Below, in pieces: positions 50,979 to 61,685 of a stretch of 64,000 nt of DNA. The notes under the pieces are model-generated. The model ran no database searches. It saw only the letters and a program-made list of their open reading frames with translations, and was not told the origin of the DNA. The position numbers were made by a program, and so were the translations under genes. The stretch spans positions 62,001 to 126,000 of the forward strand of contig CBDAVP010000014.1 of NCBI GenBank assembly GCA_965201075.1, written 5' to 3'. This DNA is from Isosphaeraceae bacterium. Its GTDB lineage: Bacteria > Planctomycetota > Planctomycetia > Isosphaerales > Isosphaeraceae. Numbering within the stretch: the first letter of the stretch is position 1; the number at the start of each line of letters is the position of its first letter.

Positions 50979-52692
50979 ATGGGCAACTTCTGGCAGGCGG
51001 CCCGAGGATGGTTCCGTGGCCTCTATCTCACGCCCCCGCACGGGGACCCGGTGGGAAGGCCCGGCGGCCGGGCCGGTGTGGAACACGACGGGCCATCGGG
51101 GAGCTTCCACGGGTCGGGGGCCGACTCCTCGACGAAGACCCCGACCCACCCGTCCGGCACCCCGGAGGACTACCGGGCCTGGAGGCGCCTGGCCCTTCTC
51201 CTGTTCTCCGGGCGGGCCCCCGAGGGCCTGGAGGTCGAATGCTCGCTCACCCTGGCCAAGCTGCGGGTCCGCTCGCTGCCGGCGAGGATGAAAGTCGCTG
51301 GAGACCTCGATCTGAGGCAATGCCAGCGGTTGCGGAGGATCGGCGACGGCCTGCGGGTGGCGGGCGACCTGCTCATCGGGGGAGGATGTCACGAGGCCCC
51401 CTGGTGGGAGGTGTTCCTGGGGCGGGACGACCGGGGCGAGGGCCGCCCGTCGGGCGTGCTGAATACCCTGAGCCGGGACAACCAATGCCCCCTGTCCCCG
51501 CTGCCGTCGGGCCTGGAGATCGGGCGTGACCTGAGGCTCCGAAACTGCCGTCGGGTGGGACGGATTCCCGACGACCTCCGGGTCGGCCGCTCGATCCATC
51601 TGGACGGCTGCACGGCGTTGGCCTCGCTCCCCGAGCCCTTCGTCGTCCACGGCGACCTCACGATCTCGGCCGCCCCGAACCTGGCCAGGCTGCCCGCCAG
51701 TCTCCGGGTCGAGGGGAATCTCCGGCTGGCGGGGGTGCGGATCGGGCGATTGCCGGACGGCCTCCGGGTCGGCGGCGACCTCATCCTGGAGTGCTGCCCA
51801 CGGCTCGACGCACTGCCCCGAGGGCATGGATGTCGGCGGGAGCCTGATCATCCGGCGCTGCCCGATCGCCCGCCTGCCGGCGGGCCTGCGGGTCGGCCGG
51901 GACCTGAAGCTCCATCGCCTGGGCGATCTCGTCGGCCTCCCCGAGGGGCTGGCCGTGCCCGGCGGGATCGAACTCATCCTCTGCCCCTCGCTCGGGGGGA
52001 TAGCCCCCGGCCTCCGGGTCGGGGCCGATCTGATCATCCGCCGCTGCGAGGGCTTCCGGGAGTTGGCGGAGGGCCTCCACGTCCCCGGCACGCTTGACCT
52101 CCGGGGTTGTACCCGGCTTGATCACCTTCCCGGCGGGATGATCGTCGGTTTCGCCCTCGGGAGGAAGCCCTTCATCCCCGCCCTCCGGCTGGCCGACTGC
52201 CCGTCCCTGACGACGCTCCCGGAAGACCTGAGCCTGGGCGGTCCGATCGAGGTCGCCGGCTCGGGGCTGCGGGAGTTGCCCGAGCGGCTCGCCCGGACGG
52301 CCAGTCTCCTCTGGCGAGGCGTCGTCGTCCCGCCTGATGTGGTCTTCCGCCCCGAGTCTCTCACCCCGGAGCAGATCCTCGGCCAGCGGAACGCCGAGCT
52401 TCGCCGGGTGATCCTGGAACGGGTCGGGCTCGATCGAGTGCTCCGGGATGCGAAGGCCGAGGTCGTGGACCGTGACCGAGACGCCGGAGGCGACCGCCGC
52501 CTCATCGTGCTCAGGCTGCGGGATCGATTCGGGCAGGCCAGGACCCATTGCTATTTGCACTGCCGCTGCCCCTCGACGGGCCGGGACTATCTCCTGCGGG
52601 TGCCGCCGGAGACTCGGACATGCCGGCAGGCCGCCGCCTGGCTGGCGGGGTTCGACGACCCGGAGGCATACCGGCCGGTCGTGGAGACGTGA
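50979..52692 (+). pseudogene. LRR-repeat + DUF6745-like protein, one frameshift
   Basis: LPxGLxVGxDL repeats; NAELRRV, CPSTGR.YLLRVPP...AAAW; extra C in the run at 51816-51819. Confidence 0.8.
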
Positions 52693-52831
52693 TGAGGCCC
52701 TTTGGCTTCGTGGCGCAACGCCGAACCCGCAGCAGGCGTGGCTTGTCCCCGAATGGGCGGGCTGCTTAGCTCGTCCAGGGTCGACCCTTCGCCGGGAATC
52801 CGGCCCCGACCTAGACGACGGGACGTAAATC

Positions 52832-53701
52832 ATTAGCGCCGCCCATTACCTGATCTTCGGCGATCTTCACGGGCGAATCCTCCCCGCATTCCGCCTGGCC
52901 ATGGCCTGGGAGCAGGAGCACGGCATCCGCCTCGACGGCCTGCTCCAGGTCGGCGACCTCGGCTACTTCCCCGATCCGTCCCGGCTCGACAAGGCGACCG
53001 CTCGCCACGCCGCAGATGACCCGATGGAACTGGGGGCAAGCCTCGTCGTCGAGCCCAACAGGGAGGCCGATGCGGTGTTTCGGGGCGAAGGCGGCCCGCC
53101 GCCGCCCCTGTGGTTCACGGCGGGCAATCACGAGGACTTCGACGCCCTTGCCGTTCAGGAGCGAATGGGGGACCGGCGATCGCCGAGCTTCCCCGTGGAC
53201 GCCTACCTGCTCGTCCGCTGCATCCGGGACGGCCGGGTCGAGACACTGCCCGGCCCGCTGCGGGTGGGCTCCATCTGGGGCATCGACGACCGGGCACCGA
53301 ATGCCCGCCGCCGGACGCCCGAGCGGGGCCGCATCCGGGACAGGAGCCTGACGGCCCTGGCCGGGGCCAGCTTCGACGTCCTGCTCTCGCACGACGGCCC
53401 GAGGGATGCGGTCCTGGCCGGCAGCGGCAGCGATGGGCTGGATGCCCTGATCGGTCTGGCACGCCCGGCGTTCGCCTTCTTCGGCCACTACGGCAGCCGC
53501 TTCGGGCGGGTCGAGGTCACGACCGGCGGCACCCAGGTCTACCACCTGGCCGGGTTCGAGATGCGGCGGGGCGGCTCGTGCGCCGAGGAGGGCTCGGTCG
53601 GGCTGTTGACCCGGGGTGATCATTCCATGACCTTCGAGTTCCTAAACGAAGGCTGGCTGAGCGGGTTCACCCGGCACAATTGGCGGCACGTCACGGACTG
53701 A
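52832..53701 (+). CDS. Calcineurin-like metallophosphoesterase; apparent ATT start
   Basis: GDLHG (upstream of the first ATG), GDLG, GNHED, SHD, GHY. Confidence 0.8.
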   Translation: MSAAHYLIFGDLHGRILPAFRLAMAWEQEHGIRLDGLLQVGDLGYFPDPSRLDKATARHAADDPMELGASLVVEPNREADAVFRGEGGPPPPLWFTAGNHEDFDALAVQERMGDRRSPSFPVDAYLLVRCIRDGRVETLPGPLRVGSIWGIDDRAPNARRRTPERGRIRDRSLTALAGASFDVLLSHDGPRDAVLAGSGSDGLDALIGLARPAFAFFGHYGSRFGRVEVTTGGTQVYHLAGFEMRRGGSCAEEGSVGLLTRGDHSMTFEFLNEGWLSGFTRHNWRHVTD

Positions 53702-53716
53702 GAAAGCAGCGTCCTC

Positions 53717-54367
53717 ATGAACCTGATCAACGAACCGTATCTTGACCAGAAGGGTCGCTGGCCGAGTCAGGGTCGCCACATCCTCGCCCAGTTCGACGAC
53801 GAGTCCGTGGTTGTTTACCAGGCGTACAACTCGGCGATCGGCCACTACGCCGCCCGGAATTGTTTCTTCGGCGGGGAGTTCAGCCCGAATCGGATGAGTT
53901 GGATCAAGCCGAACTTCCTGTGGATGATGTACCGCTCCGGCTGGGGGACGAAGGAGAACCAGGAAGTTACGCTCGCCGTCCGCCTGAGGCGTGACGCCTT
54001 CGACGAGATCCTCCGGCTGGCCGTCCCCTCGTCCTTCGCACCCGAAGTCTACGGGACCGAGGACGACTGGAAGCGGGCCGTGGCCGGGTCCGGCGTCCGA
54101 CTCCAGTGGGACCCCGATCATGGGCCATCGGGCAACCCGGTCGAACGCCGGGCGATCCAACTCGGGCTCAGGGGCGACATCCTTGCCATGTACGCCAAGG
54201 AGTGGCTCCTCGGGATCGAGAATATCTCGGACTTCGTAGCCGGTCAGCGAGCGAATGCGAGGGCACCGTACAATCGGCTGGTCACGCCCAGAGAGGAGGT
54301 CTACCCGGTCGCCGATCCCGAGGTCGCCGCCAGGATTGGTGTCGCATCGTACGAGTGCGGAAGTTGA
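53717..54367 (+). CDS. DUF4291 family protein
   Basis: VYQAY, RMSWIKPNFLWMMYRSGW..K..QE, QWDP. Confidence 0.88.
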   Translation: MNLINEPYLDQKGRWPSQGRHILAQFDDESVVVYQAYNSAIGHYAARNCFFGGEFSPNRMSWIKPNFLWMMYRSGWGTKENQEVTLAVRLRRDAFDEILRLAVPSSFAPEVYGTEDDWKRAVAGSGVRLQWDPDHGPSGNPVERRAIQLGLRGDILAMYAKEWLLGIENISDFVAGQRANARAPYNRLVTPREEVYPVADPEVAARIGVASYECGS

Positions 54368-54369
54368 CG

Positions 54370-55200
54370 ATGCCCGACTACTTCAAAACCCAGGACCTCA
54401 TCGCCTCCTTCGAGCCGTCGCTCTCGCCCAGGGTCTTCGACCGCCGCCTCCCGGTCGTCGGCCTGGGCGGCAACGGCTCCCACGTCGCCCTGGCGGCGGC
54501 GAGGATGGGCTTCTCGGCGATCGTGGGCGTGGACTGCGACGTCGTGTCCGAGGGCAACCTCAGCCGCCAAGTCCTTTACACGAGGGAGGATGTCGGTCGC
54601 CCGAAGGCCGATGTCGCCGCCAAGGCCCTCGGGAGGCACAACCTCCGGTCGGCGATCGATACACATCGCCTCGACATCCTCGCCGAACGCCAGAGGTTCT
54701 TCGGGCTGGTCGCCGGGGCGGATCTCGTCTTCCTCGCCCTGGACCAGCCTTCGACCACCTTCTTCGCCGCCGACGCTTGCTTCCGGGCCGGTAAGCCCGC
54801 CGTGACCGGCGGGACGTGCGTCCTCTCGGGGCTGGCGACCCGGGTGTGGTGGATGGTGGCGGGGCAGTCCCCGTGCCTGAACTGCCTGGTCCCGGCCCGC
54901 CCGTCGATGGCCGAGTGGGTCCGCTACTACCGAAGTGACGGAGGAGAGACGCCAGCACGGACGGCGGGGGTGGACCGGATCGAGGCGAAGATGAGGCTGA
55001 AGGGCGATCACCCGTCGATGTACCCGACCGCCTGCATCGGGTCGAACCTGATGATCGGCCTGGCGCTCAACATCCCCCGAGGACGCACCGATATGCCCCG
55101 TGGGCTGGAGATGTCCGTCGTCGGCTTCGCACTGGAGAAGCTCGACATTCCCCATCGCCCGGCCTGCCCGACCTGCTCGGGGCCTCCCGCCTCGGCTTGA
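54370..55200 (+). CDS. ThiF/MoeB-family adenylyltransferase
   Basis: VGLGGNG, D.D.V..GNLSRQ, PCLNC, CPTC. Confidence 0.88.
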   Translation: MPDYFKTQDLIASFEPSLSPRVFDRRLPVVGLGGNGSHVALAAARMGFSAIVGVDCDVVSEGNLSRQVLYTREDVGRPKADVAAKALGRHNLRSAIDTHRLDILAERQRFFGLVAGADLVFLALDQPSTTFFAADACFRAGKPAVTGGTCVLSGLATRVWWMVAGQSPCLNCLVPARPSMAEWVRYYRSDGGETPARTAGVDRIEAKMRLKGDHPSMYPTACIGSNLMIGLALNIPRGRTDMPRGLEMSVVGFALEKLDIPHRPACPTCSGPPASA

Positions 55201-55735
55201 GCGGCGACGATCTGGCACCATCCGGTCGTGGTGACGAGAGGGCCGGGGGATTGAGATTCAGATACGGGCCGGATTGCCCCTTGTGTTGGTCTTGTCTTGA
55301 CCGTCTCGGGCGGGACTATACTGACATTGGACGCCGCTCATGCGTACCGCAGGGCCAGGAACCGGACACGGCGACACTCGAAGCAGGGGCGATGAGCGGC
55401 CGCCGGCGCAGTCGTCTCGGCCAGGAAGAATAGCTCCGTGCGGCGGTCCATGGCCATGACCTGCTAGCGACGTCCGTTTTACTCAAGGAGTCAGGTCAGC
55501 CAGTGAATCACCTGCCGGGGGGGGCGGGGATGCATACCCTGGTCTTCGTGGAGGAGGGCCCAGTTGCCCTTCATGGTCCCCCTTGGAGACGTCGATGATC
55601 TCGCCAGATGGCGTGGTACGGTCCATTCTCGCCATCGGTATCGACGGGTTGGTCAGGCTTGGAGAAAATTTGCCCCGGATAGGTTATACTGGACACGAGT
55701 GCATTGGCTCCTTTCGCATGCAACCGGGGTTGGCG

Positions 55736-57772
55736 ATGGACGAGCTTGATGACCTCGGCCCTCTGCCAGTATCAGACGAGAGTTCAGTCCTGCAGGCAGA
55801 GAGTTTCAAGGCTCTTGAAAATGCCCTGCCGACCGGCCGCTTCGTGCTCCGGGAGGAGCCCCAGCCTGATGCCGGGGTGGACAGGTGCGTCGAGTTGCGG
55901 ATAGATGGCCGCTACACCGGCATGCGGGCTCATGTCCAGGTCAAGGCCCGGGCCGAGACGAAGGCCAACGCTGACGGCTCGGTCTCGTACCCGGCAGACG
56001 TGAGCAACCTCAACTATCTGCTCAACGGGTCGAGCCCCCTATACGTCGTCTACCTCGCCGATCGCCGAGAATTGCGTTATGCCTGGGTCAGGGACGAGGT
56101 GAGGCGAATCCGGGGGGAGAACGCCGGCTGGATGAGGCAGAAGACCGTGGTGATGCGGTTCACCGCCTCGATGGACGAGGTGGGCCTCCAGGACATCCAT
56201 AGCCGCATCCGGCGGGAGGCCAAACTCGAACGTGAGATCCAAGACGTCCTCAGCCGGGCCGACGTCACGGAGACGGTCCTCCACGTCAACGTGAGAGAGT
56301 CGAAGGTCATGGACCCCGATGAGTTGCGGGACCTGCTCCTGCGAGGCGGCCTGACCCTGATCTCTTCGGGTGAGGCGGGGGTCGTCCTGGAACTACTCGA
56401 CAAACTGAACTTCGTCGCCAGGCGACTGCCCAGGCTCCTCCTGGTCCGAGCCTTCGCCGAATGCTCGCTCGGTCGCTACCAATTGGCATCCGGCCACTTG
56501 GCCGAGGCGTCCCTGGTGGCCGAGGAACTCTCGGAGTCGGATCGCCAATTCCTGGGCTTCCTGCGGACCATTTGCGATTACCAGGCGGGCAGGATCACCA
56601 GGGCCGAGTTCGCCCGGCGGCAGAACGACCTCTCCGAGGAGGGCGAGGGCGAGTTCGGCCTTGCTCTCCAGATCGACTCGCTGTGGGAGTCGATCATGAC
56701 GGAGGGGACCCGGCGGGGCATTGACATCCACCTCCCTAAGTTGAAGGACCTCGTTGCCTTGGTGCTTGACGATCAAGATGCCTCGGAGACGCTCCGGCTC
56801 CATGCGAGGACGGCGCTCCTCTACGGGGAAGGTGTTCGCTACGTCCAGAGGTACACGCACGAGACCATGATGCTCCGGTCCCGATCGGCTATGGGCCGCC
56901 CCATCGATGTCGAGAAGACGTTCGGCGATCTCAACGCCGACCAGAGTAGGTGGTCCGACCAGGCCAATGCCCTGGTGGAGGACGCCCTCAAATGCGCTAA
57001 CCCTCACCTTGTCGGCGATGCCTGCTACACCCGCTCCTTCATCCTGTTTGTCTTCCTGAACTCGGCCCGAGTCTGGCTGAAGCCCGAGACGGTCTTCGGG
57101 CACATGGCGAATCTTAAGGCCCAAGTGATCCCGGACCTGCGCCGTGCGATCCAATGTTATGAGCAATCGGGGCATGTCGAGTGGGAACTCCGGGCGAAGA
57201 TCCTCCTCGCCGACGTGTCGGCCTTGACCGGCGACGAGGCCACGGCGAAGGAGATGGCCGAGGCCGTGCTCCCGGTCGCAGAGGCTTACCAGTTCGACAA
57301 GATCGCCAAGGAGGCCCGTGACCACCTCGCCGGGGACCCCTTCTTCAGGCAGATGGAGCGTCAGTTCTTATCCGGTCCGAACGCCGATCCGGATGTTCGT
57401 GAAGCCGGCTTCTCCGACGAGGACATCGAACGAATCGCCGAAGACATGCTGGCGGCGAATGATCTCCCGAAGGACCGGCTGGCCGTTATGGTCCGAGAGG
57501 TTATGTCGTTCCGGGACATCGCACGGGAGCGGATCGGCTGGTGCCGGCACATTCAGTTGATCCAAGACTTGGGCCACACCCGTAGCCCGGCCACGTACTA
57601 CGCCTACGACCCCGAGCGAAGCTGCTACTGCGAGAAGTTCCGACTCACTTCGAAGATCGGCAGCACCGACTGGCAGGTCGTGATCGAGACATTCAAGAAC
57701 AATTACTGCTCCGGCTGCCCGGCACGGAGCCCGAAGGGCGAGATAACGCCCTGCCCCTCGCCGGAAATATGA
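55736..57772 (+). CDS. DUF4365-like PD-(D/E)xK nuclease with long helical (TPR-like) C-terminus
   Basis: PDAGVD..VEL...HVQVKA, NLNYL; Cys-rich C-terminal end. Confidence 0.75.
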   Translation: MDELDDLGPLPVSDESSVLQAESFKALENALPTGRFVLREEPQPDAGVDRCVELRIDGRYTGMRAHVQVKARAETKANADGSVSYPADVSNLNYLLNGSSPLYVVYLADRRELRYAWVRDEVRRIRGENAGWMRQKTVVMRFTASMDEVGLQDIHSRIRREAKLEREIQDVLSRADVTETVLHVNVRESKVMDPDELRDLLLRGGLTLISSGEAGVVLELLDKLNFVARRLPRLLLVRAFAECSLGRYQLASGHLAEASLVAEELSESDRQFLGFLRTICDYQAGRITRAEFARRQNDLSEEGEGEFGLALQIDSLWESIMTEGTRRGIDIHLPKLKDLVALVLDDQDASETLRLHARTALLYGEGVRYVQRYTHETMMLRSRSAMGRPIDVEKTFGDLNADQSRWSDQANALVEDALKCANPHLVGDACYTRSFILFVFLNSARVWLKPETVFGHMANLKAQVIPDLRRAIQCYEQSGHVEWELRAKILLADVSALTGDEATAKEMAEAVLPVAEAYQFDKIAKEARDHLAGDPFFRQMERQFLSGPNADPDVREAGFSDEDIERIAEDMLAANDLPKDRLAVMVREVMSFRDIARERIGWCRHIQLIQDLGHTRSPATYYAYDPERSCYCEKFRLTSKIGSTDWQVVIETFKNNYCSGCPARSPKGEITPCPSPEI

Positions 57773-57784
57773 GAAGGAGGTGGA

Positions 57785-58666
57785 ATGAGCGACAATGAAC
57801 CCGGCATGGTGGGTTACTTTGGGAAGCACTTGGTCGGAATCGGGGCCACACAGGTCTACGGCGACCCTCCCGTCGAGAACGTCTTCTTCGTCGTTGGCTT
57901 CGTGGCGTCGATCAAAGATGAGTGGTTCTTCGTGACCGCCGGTCACTGCCTCGCCGAGCTTGAGGAGGCAATCAAGTCCTCCAGGGTCGAGAACGTCCGT
58001 CTGGTCGATTACATGGGTCAGCAGGCCATGGACAAGTCCCCGATCCCGTTCGACTACGCCGGTAGCTTCCGGGACTTCCACTGTGATGAACGCACGGGCG
58101 TCGATGCGGGGTTCGTCCACATCCGGCCCTTCTACAGGCGTCAGCTAGAAGCGAATGGCATCGTCGCCCACGATGAGGTGCAGTGGAAGCGACAGCCCGA
58201 GAAGTTCGAGGCGGCTTGGATGATGGGGATTCCGTCCTCCACGGTGAAGCGGCGGGATGAGGAGAGCTACTGGTTCTCGACGAGAATGATCCCCCTGGAG
58301 ATCGTCCCTTCGACACCGCAGAAGTTCATCGACGATTCGCCCGGCAACCTGACGGACCGGGAGCGATCGTTGAGGGATCGCCTGTTCTACGGCAGGTTCC
58401 CAGGCGTCATCGACCTCCCGAAGAACGAGCGGGGCGACGACGACATCAAGGGGATGAGCGGGGGACCGATCTTCGGCTTCGCTCACTCCTTGGGGAGGGC
58501 AAAATACTGGATCGCCGCCGTCCAAAGCTGTTGGTATCCCAGATCGAGGCTGATTCGGGGAACGCCATTCCCCTTGATCGGGTACACGACGGAGAGATTC
58601 CTCGACGACTTGGTTAGCCGCATGAGCCAAATCAATGCCGGCGAGCCAAGCCCATTGTCCGAATGA
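57785..58666 (+). CDS. Trypsin-like serine protease without signal peptide
   Basis: VTAGHC, VDAG and KGMSGGPIF triad motifs; AAGGAGG RBS right after the upstream stop. Confidence 0.82.
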   Translation: MSDNEPGMVGYFGKHLVGIGATQVYGDPPVENVFFVVGFVASIKDEWFFVTAGHCLAELEEAIKSSRVENVRLVDYMGQQAMDKSPIPFDYAGSFRDFHCDERTGVDAGFVHIRPFYRRQLEANGIVAHDEVQWKRQPEKFEAAWMMGIPSSTVKRRDEESYWFSTRMIPLEIVPSTPQKFIDDSPGNLTDRERSLRDRLFYGRFPGVIDLPKNERGDDDIKGMSGGPIFGFAHSLGRAKYWIAAVQSCWYPRSRLIRGTPFPLIGYTTERFLDDLVSRMSQINAGEPSPLSE

Positions 58667-58729
58667 CGATCGGGTTCCGGCAGTTGGCGACGACCGCCGA
58701 CCGTTCAAACTCGTCGTCGGGCAGGAACT

Positions 58730-58853
58730 TCAGCGGCGGGAGGTCCGCCGGATGCTCGCCCTGCGATCCCAGGAGTTGCTGCAACTGTATCGCCGGGGAG
58801 ATCCGATCGGTGAGGACTGTCTGCTCAGGACGGTGTGGGCGATCGAGGGCTGA
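58730..58853 (+). pseudogene. 3' fragment of a DUF2293 gene
   Basis: RREVRRMLALRSQELLQLYRR matches the C-terminus of 42090-42785. Confidence 0.75.
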
Positions 58854-58880
58854 AGCCGGATGAGGTAGAACGGGACAACG

Positions 58881-59212
58881 ATGGCGGACGATGGCTTCGA
58901 GTAGCAGGTTCTCGAACGCCTGGCGGCGCTCGGCGAGGTCACGGCCCGACTCTATTCGGCAGGCACGGCCTCTACTAACGTGAGACGTTCCTCGGCTTCC
59001 TGTACCAGGGCCGGCTGTACCCGAAGTTGGACCAGCGATCGAAAGACGACTACCTGGCTAGGGGCATGGGGCCGTTACACCCAAACAAGCGGCAGATTCT
59101 CAAGTCCTACGACGGAGAACCACCCGAGGTGCTCGCCGACTCCGAGGCGCTGCTCTCGTGGGCGGGGGAGGCGATGCGGGCGGGGCGGTCCTCGCAGGGC
59201 CATCAAACCTGA
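58881..59212 (+). pseudogene. TfoX/Sxy N-terminal domain gene, decayed
   Basis: VLERLAALGEVTAR..FG.HGLY*..GRLY.K.D...Y..RGM.P with stops and a frameshift. Confidence 0.7.
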
Positions 59213-59335
59213 GCAGAGGGGCGGATCGCCCCTTGTTCAAGTTGGGCTCGCCTCCCATAACGGGAGCGACCGAGCCGGCCAGGATAGTGACGCAGAGCGC
59301 CGGACTCTTCCCTCCGACTTCGGCAGGATCCACTC

Positions 59336-60537
59336 ATGATGCGAATCGTCGAGGCGTCGATCGGTGCGGCCCAGCGTGGAGGCCCGACCTGGGGTTATTT
59401 CGGGGAGCACAAGGGCTGGGAGGCCCCCATGCGACAGCGCTTCTCGGAGATTCGGAGCGACATCGCTGCCGATAAGGACCGGACGCAGGGTCCGCAATCG
59501 ACCTGCTCAAGGTCATGGGCAAGCGTTACGCAGCGATCTGGAAGGACACCAGGATCACATACCCGGTGTTCTACGGATGCACTTACGACGTCCTTGACCG
59601 GCACGGATGGTGGTCAGACGCCCCGCCTAGGTTGTTCGGGGCCACGGATGACCAGGCGGGCGAGATCGCCAGTGCGATGCAGGAGATTCTGGCGGCCTTC
59701 GTGCGCCGGGGGGACGCCCGCAATTACTCCCTGCTGACGAAGTGGCTCCACTTCTGCTTCCCCGACACCTTCGCCATCTACGACAGTCAGGCGGCAAAGT
59801 CCATCGAGGCCGCCTCTGCTCGGCTCTCGCTCGCCCCGTCGCCCGGTGTGGGGCGGGATCAATTCTCCTATCGCCGGATCAGCGACACGAGTGGGACCGG
59901 CTACGTCGACCTCCTCAATTTTTACCGGCTGTTCTGGGATGCGGCCCGTTCGTCCGGCCTCGCCACGGGAGTCCAGCACGCCGCCGAGGCCGCCCAAACG
60001 ATGCTCCGGGGCCAGCCGGGCTGCCCGGACGCCCAGGTCTCTACCCTCGACATCCTGGACAAGCTGCTCTGGAAGGCCGAGGGTTCCTACGAGGGGCTCG
60101 GCCTCGATCGCCCATGCGGCGGGGCCGAATCTATCGAGATTAAGGCGATCATCGAGACGGCGATCTATGTGGACGACCTGGAGGCCGCCGAGGCGTTCTA
60201 CCGGGGCGTGCTGGGCCTGGAGGTCCTCGGCCGGGAGGCGGGCCGACACGTCTTCTTCCGGGTCGGCGACGGCGTACTGCTGGCCTTCGACTCCGAGGCC
60301 ACGCTCAAGGGAGGCGTGCTACCCCCGCACGGGGCCGTAGGCCCGGGCCACTTCGCACTCGGCGTGCGTGCCAAGCACTTGGACGGCTGGCGGTTGCGGC
60401 TCGAAGCTCAAGGGATCGTCGTCGAGAAGGAGATGACATGGCCCAGGGGCAGTAGGTCACTCTACTTCCGGGACCCGGCGGGCAACTCCGTCGAACTGGT
60501 CACGCCGGGGCTGTGGAGCCTGCCGGGAGGATGGTGA
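59336..60537 (+). pseudogene. Frameshifted hypothetical gene fused in frame to a VOC/glyoxalase domain
   Basis: SLLTKWLHF..P..FAIYDS; from ~60135 IIETAIYVDDLEAAEAFY...SLYFRDPAGNSVEL. Confidence 0.65.
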
Positions 60538-60550
60538 GGGGGCGACGGGC

Positions 60551-60750
60551 ATGCGGATCGGCATCCCGGCCAACATCCACGAGCACACGGGCCACCCCCG
60601 GAGGGCCTTGGACGTCCTCCGGGATCAGGGTGCCGACCGGCTGATCAAGCTGGGCGACATCTTCGAACTGGGCCCCTCACCTCGATGAGACCGTCTCCCT
60701 GCTAAACGAGGCGGGTGCTGTCGGCGTCGGGGGCAACCACGAGTTCCGCC
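60551..60750 (+). pseudogene. Metallophosphoesterase N-terminal remnant
   Basis: MRIGIPANIHE...LIKLGDIFE, then VGGNHE in another frame. Confidence 0.6.
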
Positions 60751-61033
60751 TGCCCCCGCTCGGCCAGGACGAGGGCCGCCGTGGCGACGACGGCGGGGGC
60801 CGGGTCCTCGCCGACCACGATGATGTCGATCATCGGGATAGGGGTTGTGCGTGGACGGACGGGGGACGTGTCCCTATCATGGGTCTTGTGCATGCGGTAG
60901 CTCCCTGTAGGTCTCGTGTTTGGGACGGCGAGGGCTCCACCCCTCGCCGTCGCATCCTTATAATGTGCGAGGCCCAAGCAAATTTCACGTATTGATAGCT
61001 TCAAATTCGGGTTTTAAGCAAAATCGCCTCGCC

Positions 61034-61522
61034 GTGGAGGACATCGACGTGATCTATGCCCTGACTAGCTGCGAGACGCCTCCCGAGGACCGGACCAGGA
61101 TCGCCAAGGCGATCGACGAGCGGGACGACCGGGTGCTGCGGCGGTACGCCCGCAAGGGCGTCGTCATCCACATCATGGACCGCAACGAGCAGAATTCGCC
61201 CCGCCCGGTCGTCTACTGCATCTACTGCCTGGACCCGATCAACAGCACCCACTACCGGGGGCCTAAGGGCTTGGAGGTGGAGGCGTCCTGGCACTACGAG
61301 CACCGGGAGGACCACGGCTGCATCGGCAAGGTCCGCCGGGTACCGCTCCTGCATCCCCTCTACCGCAAGAATCCCGCTAACCACGGGTGCTACGTCGAGA
61401 TGGGGTGCGAGCTTAACCAGGACGATACGCCGGGCGACCATTATCGCAGCCGGTGCAAGACGATCCAGGACGGCAGGACCTACTGCCACCTGGCCACCGA
61501 GATCGAACCATCCTGCGTGTAG
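61034..61522 (+). CDS. Cys/His-rich hypothetical protein
   Basis: CIYC, HYEH..C, C..C; TATAAT near 60959. Confidence 0.6.
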   Translation: MEDIDVIYALTSCETPPEDRTRIAKAIDERDDRVLRRYARKGVVIHIMDRNEQNSPRPVVYCIYCLDPINSTHYRGPKGLEVEASWHYEHREDHGCIGKVRRVPLLHPLYRKNPANHGCYVEMGCELNQDDTPGDHYRSRCKTIQDGRTYCHLATEIEPSCV

Positions 61523-61685
61523 TGGTCAGAGTCCAGACAGGACGTCCACCTCCATGTAGTCGATGCGGTCGCCCGCACGCAGCAGCGGGTCGATTGCTTC
61601 CAAGTCGGCGGGGAATTCGTCCACGTCCAGATAGCGGCGGCCTGCGGGTGGGCGAGGGGCGATCGGTCTGGGTCGTCGGCGACCG

